From a virus (Duplodnaviria; Caudoviricetes): a DNA stretch of 64,000 nt. Where the stretch lies: positions 11,866 through 75,865 of the IMG/VR virus record IMGVR_UViG_2874444136_000005. One strand, 5' to 3'. A program made the position numbers and the translations under genes. Under the pieces are notes generated by a model that was given only the letters and a program-made list of their open reading frames with translations, made no database searches and was not told the DNA's origin. Positions within the stretch are counted from its first letter, which is position 1; every line of letters starts with the position of its first letter. Below are positions 37,824-46,581 of the stretch, in pieces.

Positions 37824-38474
37824 ATGAAGGATGACAAAATTGTACACTTGGGCAAGAGAAGAAAGTCTCTTGAGGACGAGCTTCTCGAAATTGCGAAAAC
37901 TATTAGTAATGATACTCCCCCTGATGAAGTAGGTGAACTAACTGATAAATCAATCATTTATGTTAATGGTGCGGGTAATGTGGTTGGTAGCGGCAATACA
38001 GTAAATAACGTATTTAATCTTGATCGAACTATAAAAAAGCAAGTTCATGTAAAAACAGGTGACGGCGTTGTTAACGCCAATCAGAAGCATGACATAAAAA
38101 GTCTTGTTTATGAGTGGGTTGATATGCATAACTCGATAAAAAAATCACCACTTTCTTACAACGTCGCATGGTCTCGTCTAAATAAGCACCTTAAAGTTAA
38201 CAGCTATCACGAAATAAGATCTGATGATTTCTCCAAAGCTATCAAGTACCTACGTACTCAGATGGGCATTCTTAGGCGGATGGCATCTGCTCCTAAAAAA
38301 GTGTCTGACTGGAGGAAGGAAATTATTAAATCTATTCAGGCAAGATGCACGGAAAAGGGGTGGCAAGAATGGCGAAAACTGCATATGGATAAAAAATTCA
38401 GCAAGTCATCCATGACAGAACTCACTGATGCTGAGCTGCAGCAACTTTACCAAACGGTCTGGAGTAAAAAGTAA
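37824..38474 (+). CDS. ORF6C-domain accessory protein downstream of repressor
   Basis: WSRLNKHLKVNSYHEIRSDDFSKAIKYL motif; AT-rich; GGAG RBS. Confidence 0.65.
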   Translation: MKDDKIVHLGKRRKSLEDELLEIAKTISNDTPPDEVGELTDKSIIYVNGAGNVVGSGNTVNNVFNLDRTIKKQVHVKTGDGVVNANQKHDIKSLVYEWVDMHNSIKKSPLSYNVAWSRLNKHLKVNSYHEIRSDDFSKAIKYLRTQMGILRRMASAPKKVSDWRKEIIKSIQARCTEKGWQEWRKLHMDKKFSKSSMTELTDAELQQLYQTVWSKK

Positions 38475-38569
38475 CCTGGTTAGTGGCGTTTACAGGGCTA
38501 ATTGTTACTGCTTTAATAAACGTTCTAAAGGCTTTTAAACGCCACTAAAGATCCAAACAAAGCTGGATC

Positions 38570-38725
38570 ACAATAGTCCAGTTTTTATTGCAATAATCTT
38601 CTTTTTTTACCATTTTCATTCTAAGAGTCCAGAATCTTCAGAATCCTTCGAAATGCCCGCCGTGCAAGGTTTCCCGGCTCACCAGATGTCCCCTTAGACA
38701 GTCCAGAAACGATCACCACCCCACA
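38570..38725. repeat. Repressor-proximal end of Mu-like element with transposase-binding repeats
   Basis: AGTCCAG copies at ~38575, 38626 and 38700; terminal ACA. Confidence 0.75.
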
Positions 38726-40511
38726 GCTTGGCGATACCAGAGGTGAGAAGCTGTTTGCGGTTGAACTCTTTGAAGTCTTCCAGCCCTTCTCCGTCCAGGT
38801 TATCCATGATGATTCCTTGGATAGCTGGTCGAAGCGGATCGGTTGGCAACATGGAGTTGAGAACGTTTGTCAGCACGGAAACCGTGGCATCACGTCTTGC
38901 CGTATAGCTTGGGCCGACATCAACGGTAACGTCATAGCGGCCGGTAGATAGGTCATTCAGCGCAACCACTCGGCCAGTTTGGCGATCAACAACCTGCGCA
39001 TTCATCAGCGCAATATCATCGGTGCCGTCTTCGTTAACCACGCGAACTTCACGCTCTGAGCCGTAAACCTCTCGAGCCATAGACAGCCATACTTCACCGG
39101 CGCGCTTCAGGCTCTTGGCCATGTTGTCCAGGTAGATGAACGATGCCATGTCGGCGCGGTTCATCAGGTTGTTAACAGTTTCCTGAGCCACATTGCTCGG
39201 CATCTGTTGCATCGCCTGGCTGCCGCCGGTCACTTCCTGAATGTCAGCGCTGGTCTGCTGCAATAGCGCTGCCAATGCCTGGTTCATCACTGCTGGTTGC
39301 GTGTAACCTGCTGGCGTAGCTGCGGCGATGATATTACCTGCCTTATCCTTTACCTCGCGCAGAGGAAGGAACGCTGGCCGCTTCTTGTTACGCGCTTCCC
39401 AGTGTTTTTCTAGCCCTCTGATTTGCTCCATGCCGACGATAGGAATCTGGCCTGGGTCTTGTGCTGCAGTGTCGGCCAGCATCGAAACCTGCAGGTTGTA
39501 AAGTCGCTGTGGGTCCATCGCTTTGGCAATGTGACCTTCAACGCGCTCAATATCGTCGATGAACCAACGCTTGCCATATACCGGGATTAACGGAATATGC
39601 TCACCAGGTATGCGGCGCGGCTTCTCAAGGAAGTTCTGGCCGTCAACCACTGACACATAGACGCGACGACGCTTCACGGAGCGGCGTGCAACCACCACGA
39701 ATCCAGCCTCGGCAAGCTCATCCTCGATATCTTCGATTTGATCGCTGTCGTAAGTAGCAATTTCCCCAGTCAGCGGCTGCTGGTAGCTGATAACATCAAC
39801 CGATTCCTTGCGCACTTCGTAATACTTGGCGATGTAAACCACTTCCGGCTGAAACCAGTCATAGTTCCATAGTGAGGCCGTAGAAATATCGAGGGATGCG
39901 GGCGGAGTCTTGCCATATTCCGCCTCGTACTTTTCCGGAGAAAGCGAGTACATGCAGAACGCCCAAAGAGCATCTGACTTGTCGTATTTCTTCGCGTCAG
40001 GGTCAAACCATACTGAGCGAGATGGGTCGTATATCGGCTCAATGGCAATACGCTGGCGATCGTCCATTGGGTCGTATTCATTGACCAGCATCGATGTGAG
40101 GCGGAAGCAGCCAAAGCCACCGGTAGCTGCATCATCAAATGCGTTATCGCAAGCCTCGCCGCCATCTGTTTCTTCGTAGTCCGCGCGAAACAGTCCATTC
40201 AGCTTGTTGGCCAGCTCTTCGCTTGCCTCGCGATCGCCAGGGCGAAACTTCACCGTGATGCGGTTGTTCCGATACTCGGCAATGATGCGGTTAAGCTCAG
40301 TGGCCACCTTGTTGATTTCGAACTTCGGGTATTTCTCAAACTGGTCGTCAAGCTTGGTTCCCGCAGCTGTTGCTCCTTCCCATTGACCGCCAGGGACACG
40401 AGCAAATCGCGTAGCTTCGATGCACTTTTCGCGCACGTCTTGCTGCGGCGTATAGGCGCGGTCAAACCTGAGCATGACACGCTCATGTTTTTTCTCTAAT
40501 GTCTCTGCCAT
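38726..40511 (-). pseudogene. 5' part (595 codons) of Sf6/P22-type portal gene, interrupted; reads 10 codons into Mu end (stop at 38694)
   Basis: MAETLEKKHERVMLRFDRAY..KQLLTSGIAK. Confidence 0.93.
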
Positions 40512-40513
40512 GT

Positions 40514-41974
40514 TTACCAACCGGAGGATGAGGGAACGTAGACATCCTCTTCAACTGGAGGATTCTTTATGTCTGCATAACGAATTGCATAGCGACGCAT
40601 CATGTAGGCGTAACGGACAGCATCAAGGATGTCGTCGCGTACCTTCACAATCTTTCCTTTCTCGTCGCGGTGATAGAAGTTGTACTCTTCGAAGAAATCA
40701 CGGAGGCCAGAGAACACCCTGAATTTACCTCTGCGCATTAAGTCGTATAGTTCGAATAACCCGGGCTCTACAGATCTGCTTCCATCTTCCCATTGGGCAT
40801 GTTCAGGAAGCATCTGGAATCCAGCCTCTTCATAATATGACTTCTGCTGAAGTCCAGAGCCCTTCTCCGTCTGAAGCCCATCTGGAGGCCATGCTATTGG
40901 CACGTTATCAGCCCAAGACTTCACTGCGCTGAACGCTTCTGCTGGAGAAACCTGACGCGCCTTGTATGCGCGCGTGAGATAGAATGATTCGTTCTCAATA
41001 TCCCATGCCAACTGGACATGCGCCTGCGGGTGATCCCAACCAAAGTCCATGCCGTTGATGACTAGCCAGTGATCTGGGATAGGGAAAGGGTCGCACTTTA
41101 CAAAATCTTCGCCGAGGTCATAGATTCGCCCATGCCCAAGCATTGGGATACCCTTGGTGCGCATATCCCTTTGATGCGGCGGGTACGACTCAAGCAGGTC
41201 TTTCTTCACTTTCTCGCTTAAGTGTGGCGCATCATCCCAGCCTACATTCATGCAGTGCTGACCAGATGACGGGCTATCCATGAAGGCTATAACCAAATCG
41301 GTTCGACCGTTCTCTGGGGTAAACGTCAGAATCCCACGCCCGCCATTACCTTTATCCCCAGTTGCTGTACGAGTAAGCACCTGCGGATAGATCGTCGCGT
41401 CTTTTGGCTCTTCGTCGATATGGAACCAGTCAACGGCATCCCCCATCAGAGCATGCTGGCCTTGTGAGTACGACCAGAATTGAATCTTTGATAGCTGACC
41501 TGATTTGTGCCTGATGTAAGCAGAGCGAACAGCATTAGGTGTACCCTGCATCGGCTCTGTATCGACAATCAATTCGCCGGGGATTAATCCGCCATCCCAC
41601 CCATTGTCAGTGCGACGACCAAGGATAGGTGTCTGCAATAGGTCTCGGCATTTCTCACCAGAATACCCAAGACACCAGATTAACGGTGCATGTTCGAACC
41701 TGTGTCCATCCCACCCTTCAGGGTAATCACCCATTGCGTGGATAGCATCAATACCCGTGCCGGTATCCGTCTTGCCAGTACGGTTAGCAGCGATCAGTGC
41801 AACCTGGGTGAACTGAGATGTTGCGGCAATGAATTTCTTTTGCCAGGGGTAGCGAGATTTGTAGAAGCGCTTATAGCGATAGACATTCTCGCGGCGCTGT
41901 TTTTCTTCGATTAACTGGATTAGCTCAATCTTCTGGCTCTTCGTCATTCCGTTCAGCAGAGGCAGCTTGTCCAT
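40514..41974 (-). CDS. Terminase large subunit (P22-like)
   Basis: AANRTGKT, FHIDEEP, LTFTP, GMDFGWDHP, DDILDAVRYA. Confidence 0.93.
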   Translation of the reverse strand: MDKLPLLNGMTKSQKIELIQLIEEKQRRENVYRYKRFYKSRYPWQKKFIAATSQFTQVALIAANRTGKTDTGTGIDAIHAMGDYPEGWDGHRFEHAPLIWCLGYSGEKCRDLLQTPILGRRTDNGWDGGLIPGELIVDTEPMQGTPNAVRSAYIRHKSGQLSKIQFWSYSQGQHALMGDAVDWFHIDEEPKDATIYPQVLTRTATGDKGNGGRGILTFTPENGRTDLVIAFMDSPSSGQHCMNVGWDDAPHLSEKVKKDLLESYPPHQRDMRTKGIPMLGHGRIYDLGEDFVKCDPFPIPDHWLVINGMDFGWDHPQAHVQLAWDIENESFYLTRAYKARQVSPAEAFSAVKSWADNVPIAWPPDGLQTEKGSGLQQKSYYEEAGFQMLPEHAQWEDGSRSVEPGLFELYDLMRRGKFRVFSGLRDFFEEYNFYHRDEKGKIVKVRDDILDAVRYAYMMRRYAIRYADIKNPPVEEDVYVPSSSGW

Positions 41975-42446
41975 TCATTAGCTCCCTTATTCGCTTATCA
42001 ATATCATCGTCTGAACGGTCAGCCATTGTGATCGTCTGGTCATGCTGGATTCTTTCACCATATTTCTTTGGCATGATCTTCGATAGATACCATTTGCGCG
42101 TATCTATGCGCAGCCTTGAACGCTGCACATGCTCGCCATTAAGTTGGTATCCGATCGCGTTGCCTTCCTTATCGAGCTTTTCCATCCAGTCGTTACTGCC
42201 ATCATCAGCAATATCGAACAGCTCTTCGGCAATAGCCTCTGCGCCTTCCTCTTTCGCTCGCACGTATTGGGCGCGAAACTCAGGGATTCGGCTAATCCAT
42301 CTCAGCACTGTTTGCTTGCATGGCATCCCATCATCACGACAGACGGAGCGAAGCGATTCGCCCTCCGCCAGTCTTAGGCAGATGCTTTCCGCTAACTCTT
42401 CTGTGTAATCTGATGGGCGACCGCCTTTGTTTATTTCATCGCCCAT
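41925..42446 (-). CDS. Terminase small subunit (Sf6-like; pac site expected within)
   Basis: GRPSDY..ICLRLAEGESLRSVC, RLRIDTRKW..K..PKKYG. Confidence 0.92.
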   Translation of the reverse strand: MGDEINKGGRPSDYTEELAESICLRLAEGESLRSVCRDDGMPCKQTVLRWISRIPEFRAQYVRAKEEGAEAIAEELFDIADDGSNDWMEKLDKEGNAIGYQLNGEHVQRSRLRIDTRKWYLSKIMPKKYGERIQHDQTITMADRSDDDIDKRIRELMNGQAASAERNDEEPED

Positions 42447-42454
42447 AAATCACC

Positions 42455-42787
42455 TTATGGTTTAGTGAATGCCTGAGCGTACTCAACCATACGGCCAGGG
42501 GTTAACTGGATAACGCTCATGTCACCCAATGGCAGGAAGCCAGCGGCGATCTTCGCGTTGCACTTAATGGTGAAGTCGGCGCGGTCAGAGCTAACCACGA
42601 TGTCGTAGTCAGTTGCTGTAGTTCCGCCGGCGGCGACAACCTGGAAATATTCGGTCTTGGTCGGAGTGGCATGAGCGCCAACCAAGCCGCCTTGAGGGAA
42701 GCGTGATGCTGAGATATGCGATTTAACCACTGGAATCAGGTTTGCTACCGAACCGGCGGTTGCTGTCTGCATGGATGTGATTGCCAT
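42455..42787 (-). CDS. Hypothetical protein with two DUF1737-like repeats
   Basis: FPQGGLV..YFQVV and GFLPLGDMSV..YAQAFTK halves. Confidence 0.55.
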   Translation of the reverse strand: MAITSMQTATAGSVANLIPVVKSHISASRFPQGGLVGAHATPTKTEYFQVVAAGGTTATDYDIVVSSDRADFTIKCNAKIAAGFLPLGDMSVIQLTPGRMVEYAQAFTKP

Positions 42788-42936
42788 TACTTAGCCCCTT
42801 TCTTTGGTTTCTTCTTGCCTTTACCGGCTTTGCTCATAGCAATGGCGATAGCCTGGTCAGGCTTCTTTCCTGACTTTATTTCGTTAGCGATATTCTCGCT
42901 GATGACCTTTTTCGACTTACCTTTCTTCAGTGGCAT
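42787..42936 (-). CDS. Small basic protein (49 aa)
   Basis: [38 protein letters not shown]; AGGAG RBS; TAATG coupling. Confidence 0.65.
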   Translation of the reverse strand: MPLKKGKSKKVISENIANEIKSGKKPDQAIAIAMSKAGKGKKKPKKGAK

Positions 42937-42937
42937 C

Positions 42938-43180
42938 TCAAACTCCTGTCGGGAATAAATCCAAAGCCTCTGTGGCTTTTCTGATGGCTATCTCAGTACG
43001 AGATACAACGCCTGAATCGCTCGCCGCGTTCGAATAGCCATCACGGAATAGCTCGTACTTCAGTCTTTCTCCGCCGACAAAGGAGATTGCTTTTCCTGCT
43101 GCGGTGGTGTCACCCATAACAAGCCGAAGAAGCTCAAGGTTCATGGCTTGCACGTCAGTCATTCCTACAATATCCGCCAT
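42938..43180 (-). CDS. DUF2560 family (P22 orf80-like) protein
   Basis: [19 protein letters not shown]...ATEALDLF; position before terS. Confidence 0.7.
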   Translation of the reverse strand: MADIVGMTDVQAMNLELLRLVMGDTTAAGKAISFVGGERLKYELFRDGYSNAASDSGVVSRTEIAIRKATEALDLFPTGV

Positions 43181-43245
43181 GATTGGCTCCAGTTGTTTGG
43201 TAAAAGCCATTATCGAAGCCACTCGGGAATGGCTTCTGTAATCGC

Positions 43246-43488
43246 TTAAATTGGCTGCTGAGGTTTAGAGCCGCATCCGCGGTTGATAACCTCTACCGTC
43301 TTGCCTTCAATGGTAGTGATATAGGCGTCTACGTCCGGGCCAATTTCGAAGCAAAATCTTTCATCCTCCCCAGTAACAGAGCCGATGGCATCATTACTGG
43401 TCAATGGAGAATATCTCTGGATGGTAAACCTATTGCCGAGAGCAATAACCTTAGTGCTTTCAGATGTGTGTTGTTTCAGTGCGTACAT
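43246..43488 (-). CDS. Hypothetical protein
   Basis: AAGGA RBS; AYITTIEGKTVEVI. Confidence 0.6.
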   Translation of the reverse strand: MYALKQHTSESTKVIALGNRFTIQRYSPLTSNDAIGSVTGEDERFCFEIGPDVDAYITTIEGKTVEVINRGCGSKPQQPI

Positions 43489-43638
43489 AGTGATTCCTTA
43501 TTAATTTATGCGTAGATTTCGCAGCATTAGCCACACCTCTCGGAGTTGCCTCGCCACTTCCGTCTTTCCGGCTGCCAAGACGTGATCACCTCCTGCTAGG
43601 TAACACAGTCTTATTCCTCGTCGGGTGGAATTCTTCGC

Positions 43639-43926
43639 TTAATATTCTTGCTCGCTGGCGTTATTAACACTGTCTAGCAGTTGATTAACGATGTAGGCAG
43701 AGCGGCTTAGTCCACCTAGCAGAGAATGGTAATTGCCGAGCACATGACGCCCTTGCACTACCGAGCCGTCGTCGGTAATGGCGACCAGCACCAGCGTGCG
43801 CAGCGTTTCGGTATCTACCTTATCCAGAACATCGAGCAGGATGCGCCGGATTTTCTCTTTATCACGTTCGATGGCTGGGTCAGTCTCGCCGGGCTTAATC
43901 AGGTTAAGCTTGGTTACGTTGTCCAT
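43639..43926 (-). CDS. Hypothetical protein downstream of Rz
   Basis: GAGG RBS, 95 aa ORF. Confidence 0.6.
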   Translation of the reverse strand: MDNVTKLNLIKPGETDPAIERDKEKIRRILLDVLDKVDTETLRTLVLVAITDDGSVVQGRHVLGNYHSLLGGLSRSAYIVNQLLDSVNNASEQEY

Positions 43927-43932
43927 GCGTCC

Positions 43933-44379
43933 TCATTTAGCCAAGCAAACCTGATTGATGTAATCCTGCAATCCGGCGATCTGCTTGTTGGCTATTTCTA
44001 TTCGCTCTCTGATGGTGAAATAATCCCGTTGAGCGGAGTCAGTAAGTCTGGGGCTGGCTGCATCATCCACGCCGGAGGGCTTGGCGGGTTGGCATGAGGC
44101 GGAGATGCGCAGCTTGCGAGCGCCAGTGGCAACATCACGCTGCAAATCAGCAATTTTGCTTTTCGCATCTTCAAGCTCCTGCGTTCTCTGCAGATCGATA
44201 TCGGCTACTGCTTTCTGTGTTTTGTTCTGCCACTCGAGCTGGCCAGATAGCTGCTGCTTTTCTTTCTGCAGTGATTCTTTGTCATGGCGTAGTGCCTGGT
44301 TGCTAATAGCGAAGTAAGCCAGGAGTCCAAGCACTAATGAGATGATTGCTGCTTGCCAGTGCTTAAGCGGCCAAGTCAT
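43933..44379 (-). CDS. Rz: Rz i-spanin
   Basis: TM + coiled coil; RDYFTIRERI..QIAGLQDYINQVC. Confidence 0.92.
   Translation of the reverse strand: MTWPLKHWQAAIISLVLGLLAYFAISNQALRHDKESLQKEKQQLSGQLEWQNKTQKAVADIDLQRTQELEDAKSKIADLQRDVATGARKLRISASCQPAKPSGVDDAASPRLTDSAQRDYFTIRERIEIANKQIAGLQDYINQVCLAK
43998..44168 (-). CDS. Rz1: Rz1 o-spanin lipoprotein (embedded)
   Basis: MRKAKLLICSVMLPLALAS-C..PPAWMMQPAPDLLTPLNGIISPSESE. Confidence 0.88.
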   Translation of the reverse strand: MRKAKLLICSVMLPLALASCASPPHANPPSPPAWMMQPAPDLLTPLNGIISPSESE

Positions 44380-44810
44380 GACAGAAACAGCGAGCGTTCA
44401 CGCTGCCTGCGCGGAAGGAGAATGTCCGGATCGTTGCCTGCTCGTTTCCATGCCAAGAACTGATCTGCAGCGCCAGCATAATCGCCAGCCTTAAGCTTGC
44501 GTAGCAGTGTCGAGCCGTTGAATGCTGCTGCGCCGATGTTGAACACCAGACTGCAAAGAGCGTCGTATTGATTCTGGTTCAGCGTGACATTCGCCGAGTT
44601 GATAGTTCGCTCAGTCCACTGCAGGTCAAAGCGAAGCAGGTCGGATGATTTCTCTTTCGAGATGGTCATACCCATTGCAACAGGCTTGCCATCAACCAGA
44701 CCAGTATGACCGACGCCGATCGTGGGGATCCCGCGCGTGTCTTTGTATGCGGAGAGCTTTTCACCCTCTTGGCGCTTCAGGAAGTCGATACCGTTATTGC
44801 TGATTTTCAT
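44376..44810 (-). CDS. Lysozyme GH24 (P22 gp19-like)
   Basis: EGEKLSAYKDTRGIPTIGVGHT, NQNQYDALCSLVFNIG, RRQRERSLFL. Confidence 0.93.
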   Translation of the reverse strand: MKISNNGIDFLKRQEGEKLSAYKDTRGIPTIGVGHTGLVDGKPVAMGMTISKEKSSDLLRFDLQWTERTINSANVTLNQNQYDALCSLVFNIGAAAFNGSTLLRKLKAGDYAGAADQFLAWKRAGNDPDILLPRRQRERSLFLS

Positions 44811-45126
44811 CACTAGCACCTACTCGCTTGCTGATAGCGCTGATGGCGATATTGCGGAGCTTTTCGACACCGATGAATCCAACCATGCCGCCAATGAAAG
44901 GAGACATGCTTACCGGCAATCCGAATACGTCCAGAGCACTGGAGATGCAAAGAGAAAGGGCGCCACATAGGACGCCCTCAATCCAGCGATTCTTTCGCTC
45001 TACACCATCGTAAATTAATCGGCCATAGCAAATTAACCCGGCCATCATTGAACCAAGAATTTGCGGCCATGCGTTTTTAAGGCCGTTCAGAACGTCGGCC
45101 CAGAATCCAGGGTCACGTTCATTCAT
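44794..45126 (-). CDS. Holin, lambda family
   Basis: Three TM segments, EGVLCGAL, IGGMVGFIGVEKLR. Confidence 0.88.
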   Translation of the reverse strand: MNERDPGFWADVLNGLKNAWPQILGSMMAGLICYGRLIYDGVERKNRWIEGVLCGALSLCISSALDVFGLPVSMSPFIGGMVGFIGVEKLRNIAISAISKRVGASDENQQ

Positions 45127-45449
45127 TTGACGATCCTGCATACTCTAGCCCCTACACTCTCCCCGCCGAGCGAGTCAACGAATGCACGGTCGTTATCACA
45201 GAGAACGCGGAGAGCGCCGATTTGAGCGCCCCATGCATCCTTCTTCCACAGTTCAACAGTGGAGATAACTTCATCATCGGTCTTTGCGCTTGCGAGGCCA
45301 TATGAAACGACAGATCGCGGGTACGCGTAGGCCGCCGAGTTAATCCTCGAATTAACCTCTGCAGCGAGATAAGAAAGGAGAATTAAGCCCAGCAACCAAG
45401 GAGACGAACTCACGAAACCAGCCCGGACGAGCTCAGGTAATTTGAGCAT
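45123..45449 (-). CDS. Hypothetical single-TM protein coupled to holin
   Basis: AAGGA RBS, N-terminal hydrophobic stretch, ATGA overlap with holin. Confidence 0.6.
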   Translation of the reverse strand: MLKLPELVRAGFVSSSPWLLGLILLSYLAAEVNSRINSAAYAYPRSVVSYGLASAKTDDEVISTVELWKKDAWGAQIGALRVLCDNDRAFVDSLGGESVGARVCRIVK

Positions 45450-45593
45450 GGTGGGTTCCTTACATTGCTATGCTGTAGTCAAAGGTTCAGCCCGCAGCCG
45501 TAGACGATCAGCTACAAAGAGGATGCCATGGAGTGTGTCGCTGTTGGCTGGGGCTGAAATGCAAAAAGCCCCGCACGATGGCGAGGCTAAAAT

Positions 45594-45671
45594 TGGTTCA
45601 CCAAGGCGGATTTGAACCGCTCCTTCCTCCGGTTATGAGCCGGGCGCATTTACCTATTATGCTATTGGTGA
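45594..45671 (-). tRNA. tRNA with CAT anticodon (Ile2/Met)
   Basis: TCACCAA/TTGGTGA acceptor stem, CCGG-CTCATAA-CCGG anticodon arm, GGTTCAAATCC T-arm, encoded CCA. Confidence 0.85.
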
Positions 45672-45685
45672 TTAGCAGGTTGTCA

Positions 45686-45766
45686 TGGTGGCCGGTGCTG
45701 GTCTCCGGCATAACTACCGTTTCAATGAGTAGCTGTTGCACGCGCATCAGCCTGCGCATTCACCAC
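45686..45766 (-). ncRNA. C4-antisense-like structured RNA in late leader
   Basis: GTGGTGAATGCGCAGGCTGATGCGC...GCCGGAGACCAGCACCGGCCACCA; second copy at 54080; family recalled, not searched. Confidence 0.6.
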
Positions 45767-45846
45767 AACGGAAAGAGCACTCGGATGCGCTACCATCACT
45801 CCAAATATTCTGGGACTATTTGGCGCTGAATGCTCTTACCTGTTGC
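45764..45846 (-). other. Long hairpin of lambdoid late leader (likely RNase III substrate)
   Basis: CAACAGGTAAGAGCA...TGCTCTTTCCGTTG arms as downstream of lambda tR'. Confidence 0.55.
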
Positions 45847-45850
45847 GATC

Positions 45851-45931
45851 AAAAAAAGCCGCCGCAGCAACTTAAGAGTCACTAACGGCAGCTTATGCGT
45901 TTAATATTGCTCATTTGCTCAATTATGTCAA
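45851..45931 (-). promoter_or_regulatory. pR' late promoter and tR' terminator
   Basis: TTGACA at 45926-45931 just after Q; GCTGCCG...CGGCGGC hairpin + T7. Confidence 0.8.
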
Positions 45932-45937
45932 CACGTT

Positions 45938-46426
45938 TTAAGCAACTCTTTTGATTTTCTCCACACGTTTACGAATTTTAAAGGCACGTTCGAGTGGGGC
46001 ATGTAATACAAACAGGGATGCATTTAATATTTCATCCACTTCTCGCCTGCATGTAGCTAATGATGGCCTTGCTAGTCTTTCTCCACCACGCCGCATCATT
46101 TTGCGAGGGCTTGCGACTTTGTGATAGTAAGATGCGATTGAGTACTTCGATGAACCATGAGCGTAGTAGCTGAGCAGGATGCCAAAGGCCTTCTTGTCGA
46201 TAAACATGACGGAATCTACGACCTGAGAAATCAACATTCCGTCATCGTCATTGCACATCGGCCTGCTTGGATTTTTGATTGGCTCTACGCTTTCCATGAA
46301 CTTGGCGATCATGTTGCTCATGCGTCGCTCAAGTCGGCCGGAGTAAATCCATGCGCCCCACAGCTCAAGCCAGCCATTGACCCACTGGTGCTGCTCATCT
46401 GATAGCGATAGCTGCTTTACCGGCAT
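45938..46426 (-). CDS. Q: Late antiterminator Q (phage 21-type)
   Basis: WLELWGAW, RPMCNDDDGMLISQVVD. Confidence 0.9.
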   Translation of the reverse strand: MPVKQLSLSDEQHQWVNGWLELWGAWIYSGRLERRMSNMIAKFMESVEPIKNPSRPMCNDDDGMLISQVVDSVMFIDKKAFGILLSYYAHGSSKYSIASYYHKVASPRKMMRRGGERLARPSLATCRREVDEILNASLFVLHAPLERAFKIRKRVEKIKRVA

Positions 46427-46581
46427 ATCTTCCCCCAGGTTTTTGCTGATTTGATGCTTTGGATATTTTGCTTTGAGGTGTGAAACTGCTCTGCGATTGT
46501 TTTGGTGCTGATGCCGATACCGATGAGCGTTCTTATTGATATGACATCATCCAGACTCAGGGATGATCGTTGCCTTGCCAT
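46417..46581 (-). CDS. Small HTH protein (54 aa)
   Basis: ISTKTIAEQFHTSKQNIQSIKSAKTW; GGAGG RBS, coupled to ninG. Confidence 0.55.
   Translation of the reverse strand: MARQRSSLSLDDVISIRTLIGIGISTKTIAEQFHTSKQNIQSIKSAKTWGKICR

Larger units (their letters stand above)
2635..38725 (-). mobile_element. Mu-like transposable prophage, 36,091 bp, non-contractile tail type
   Basis: TGT...ACA termini flanked by GCTT direct repeat; contains c, ner, A, B, gemA, mor/C, lysis, Mu-type head genes and tail genes. Confidence 0.95.
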
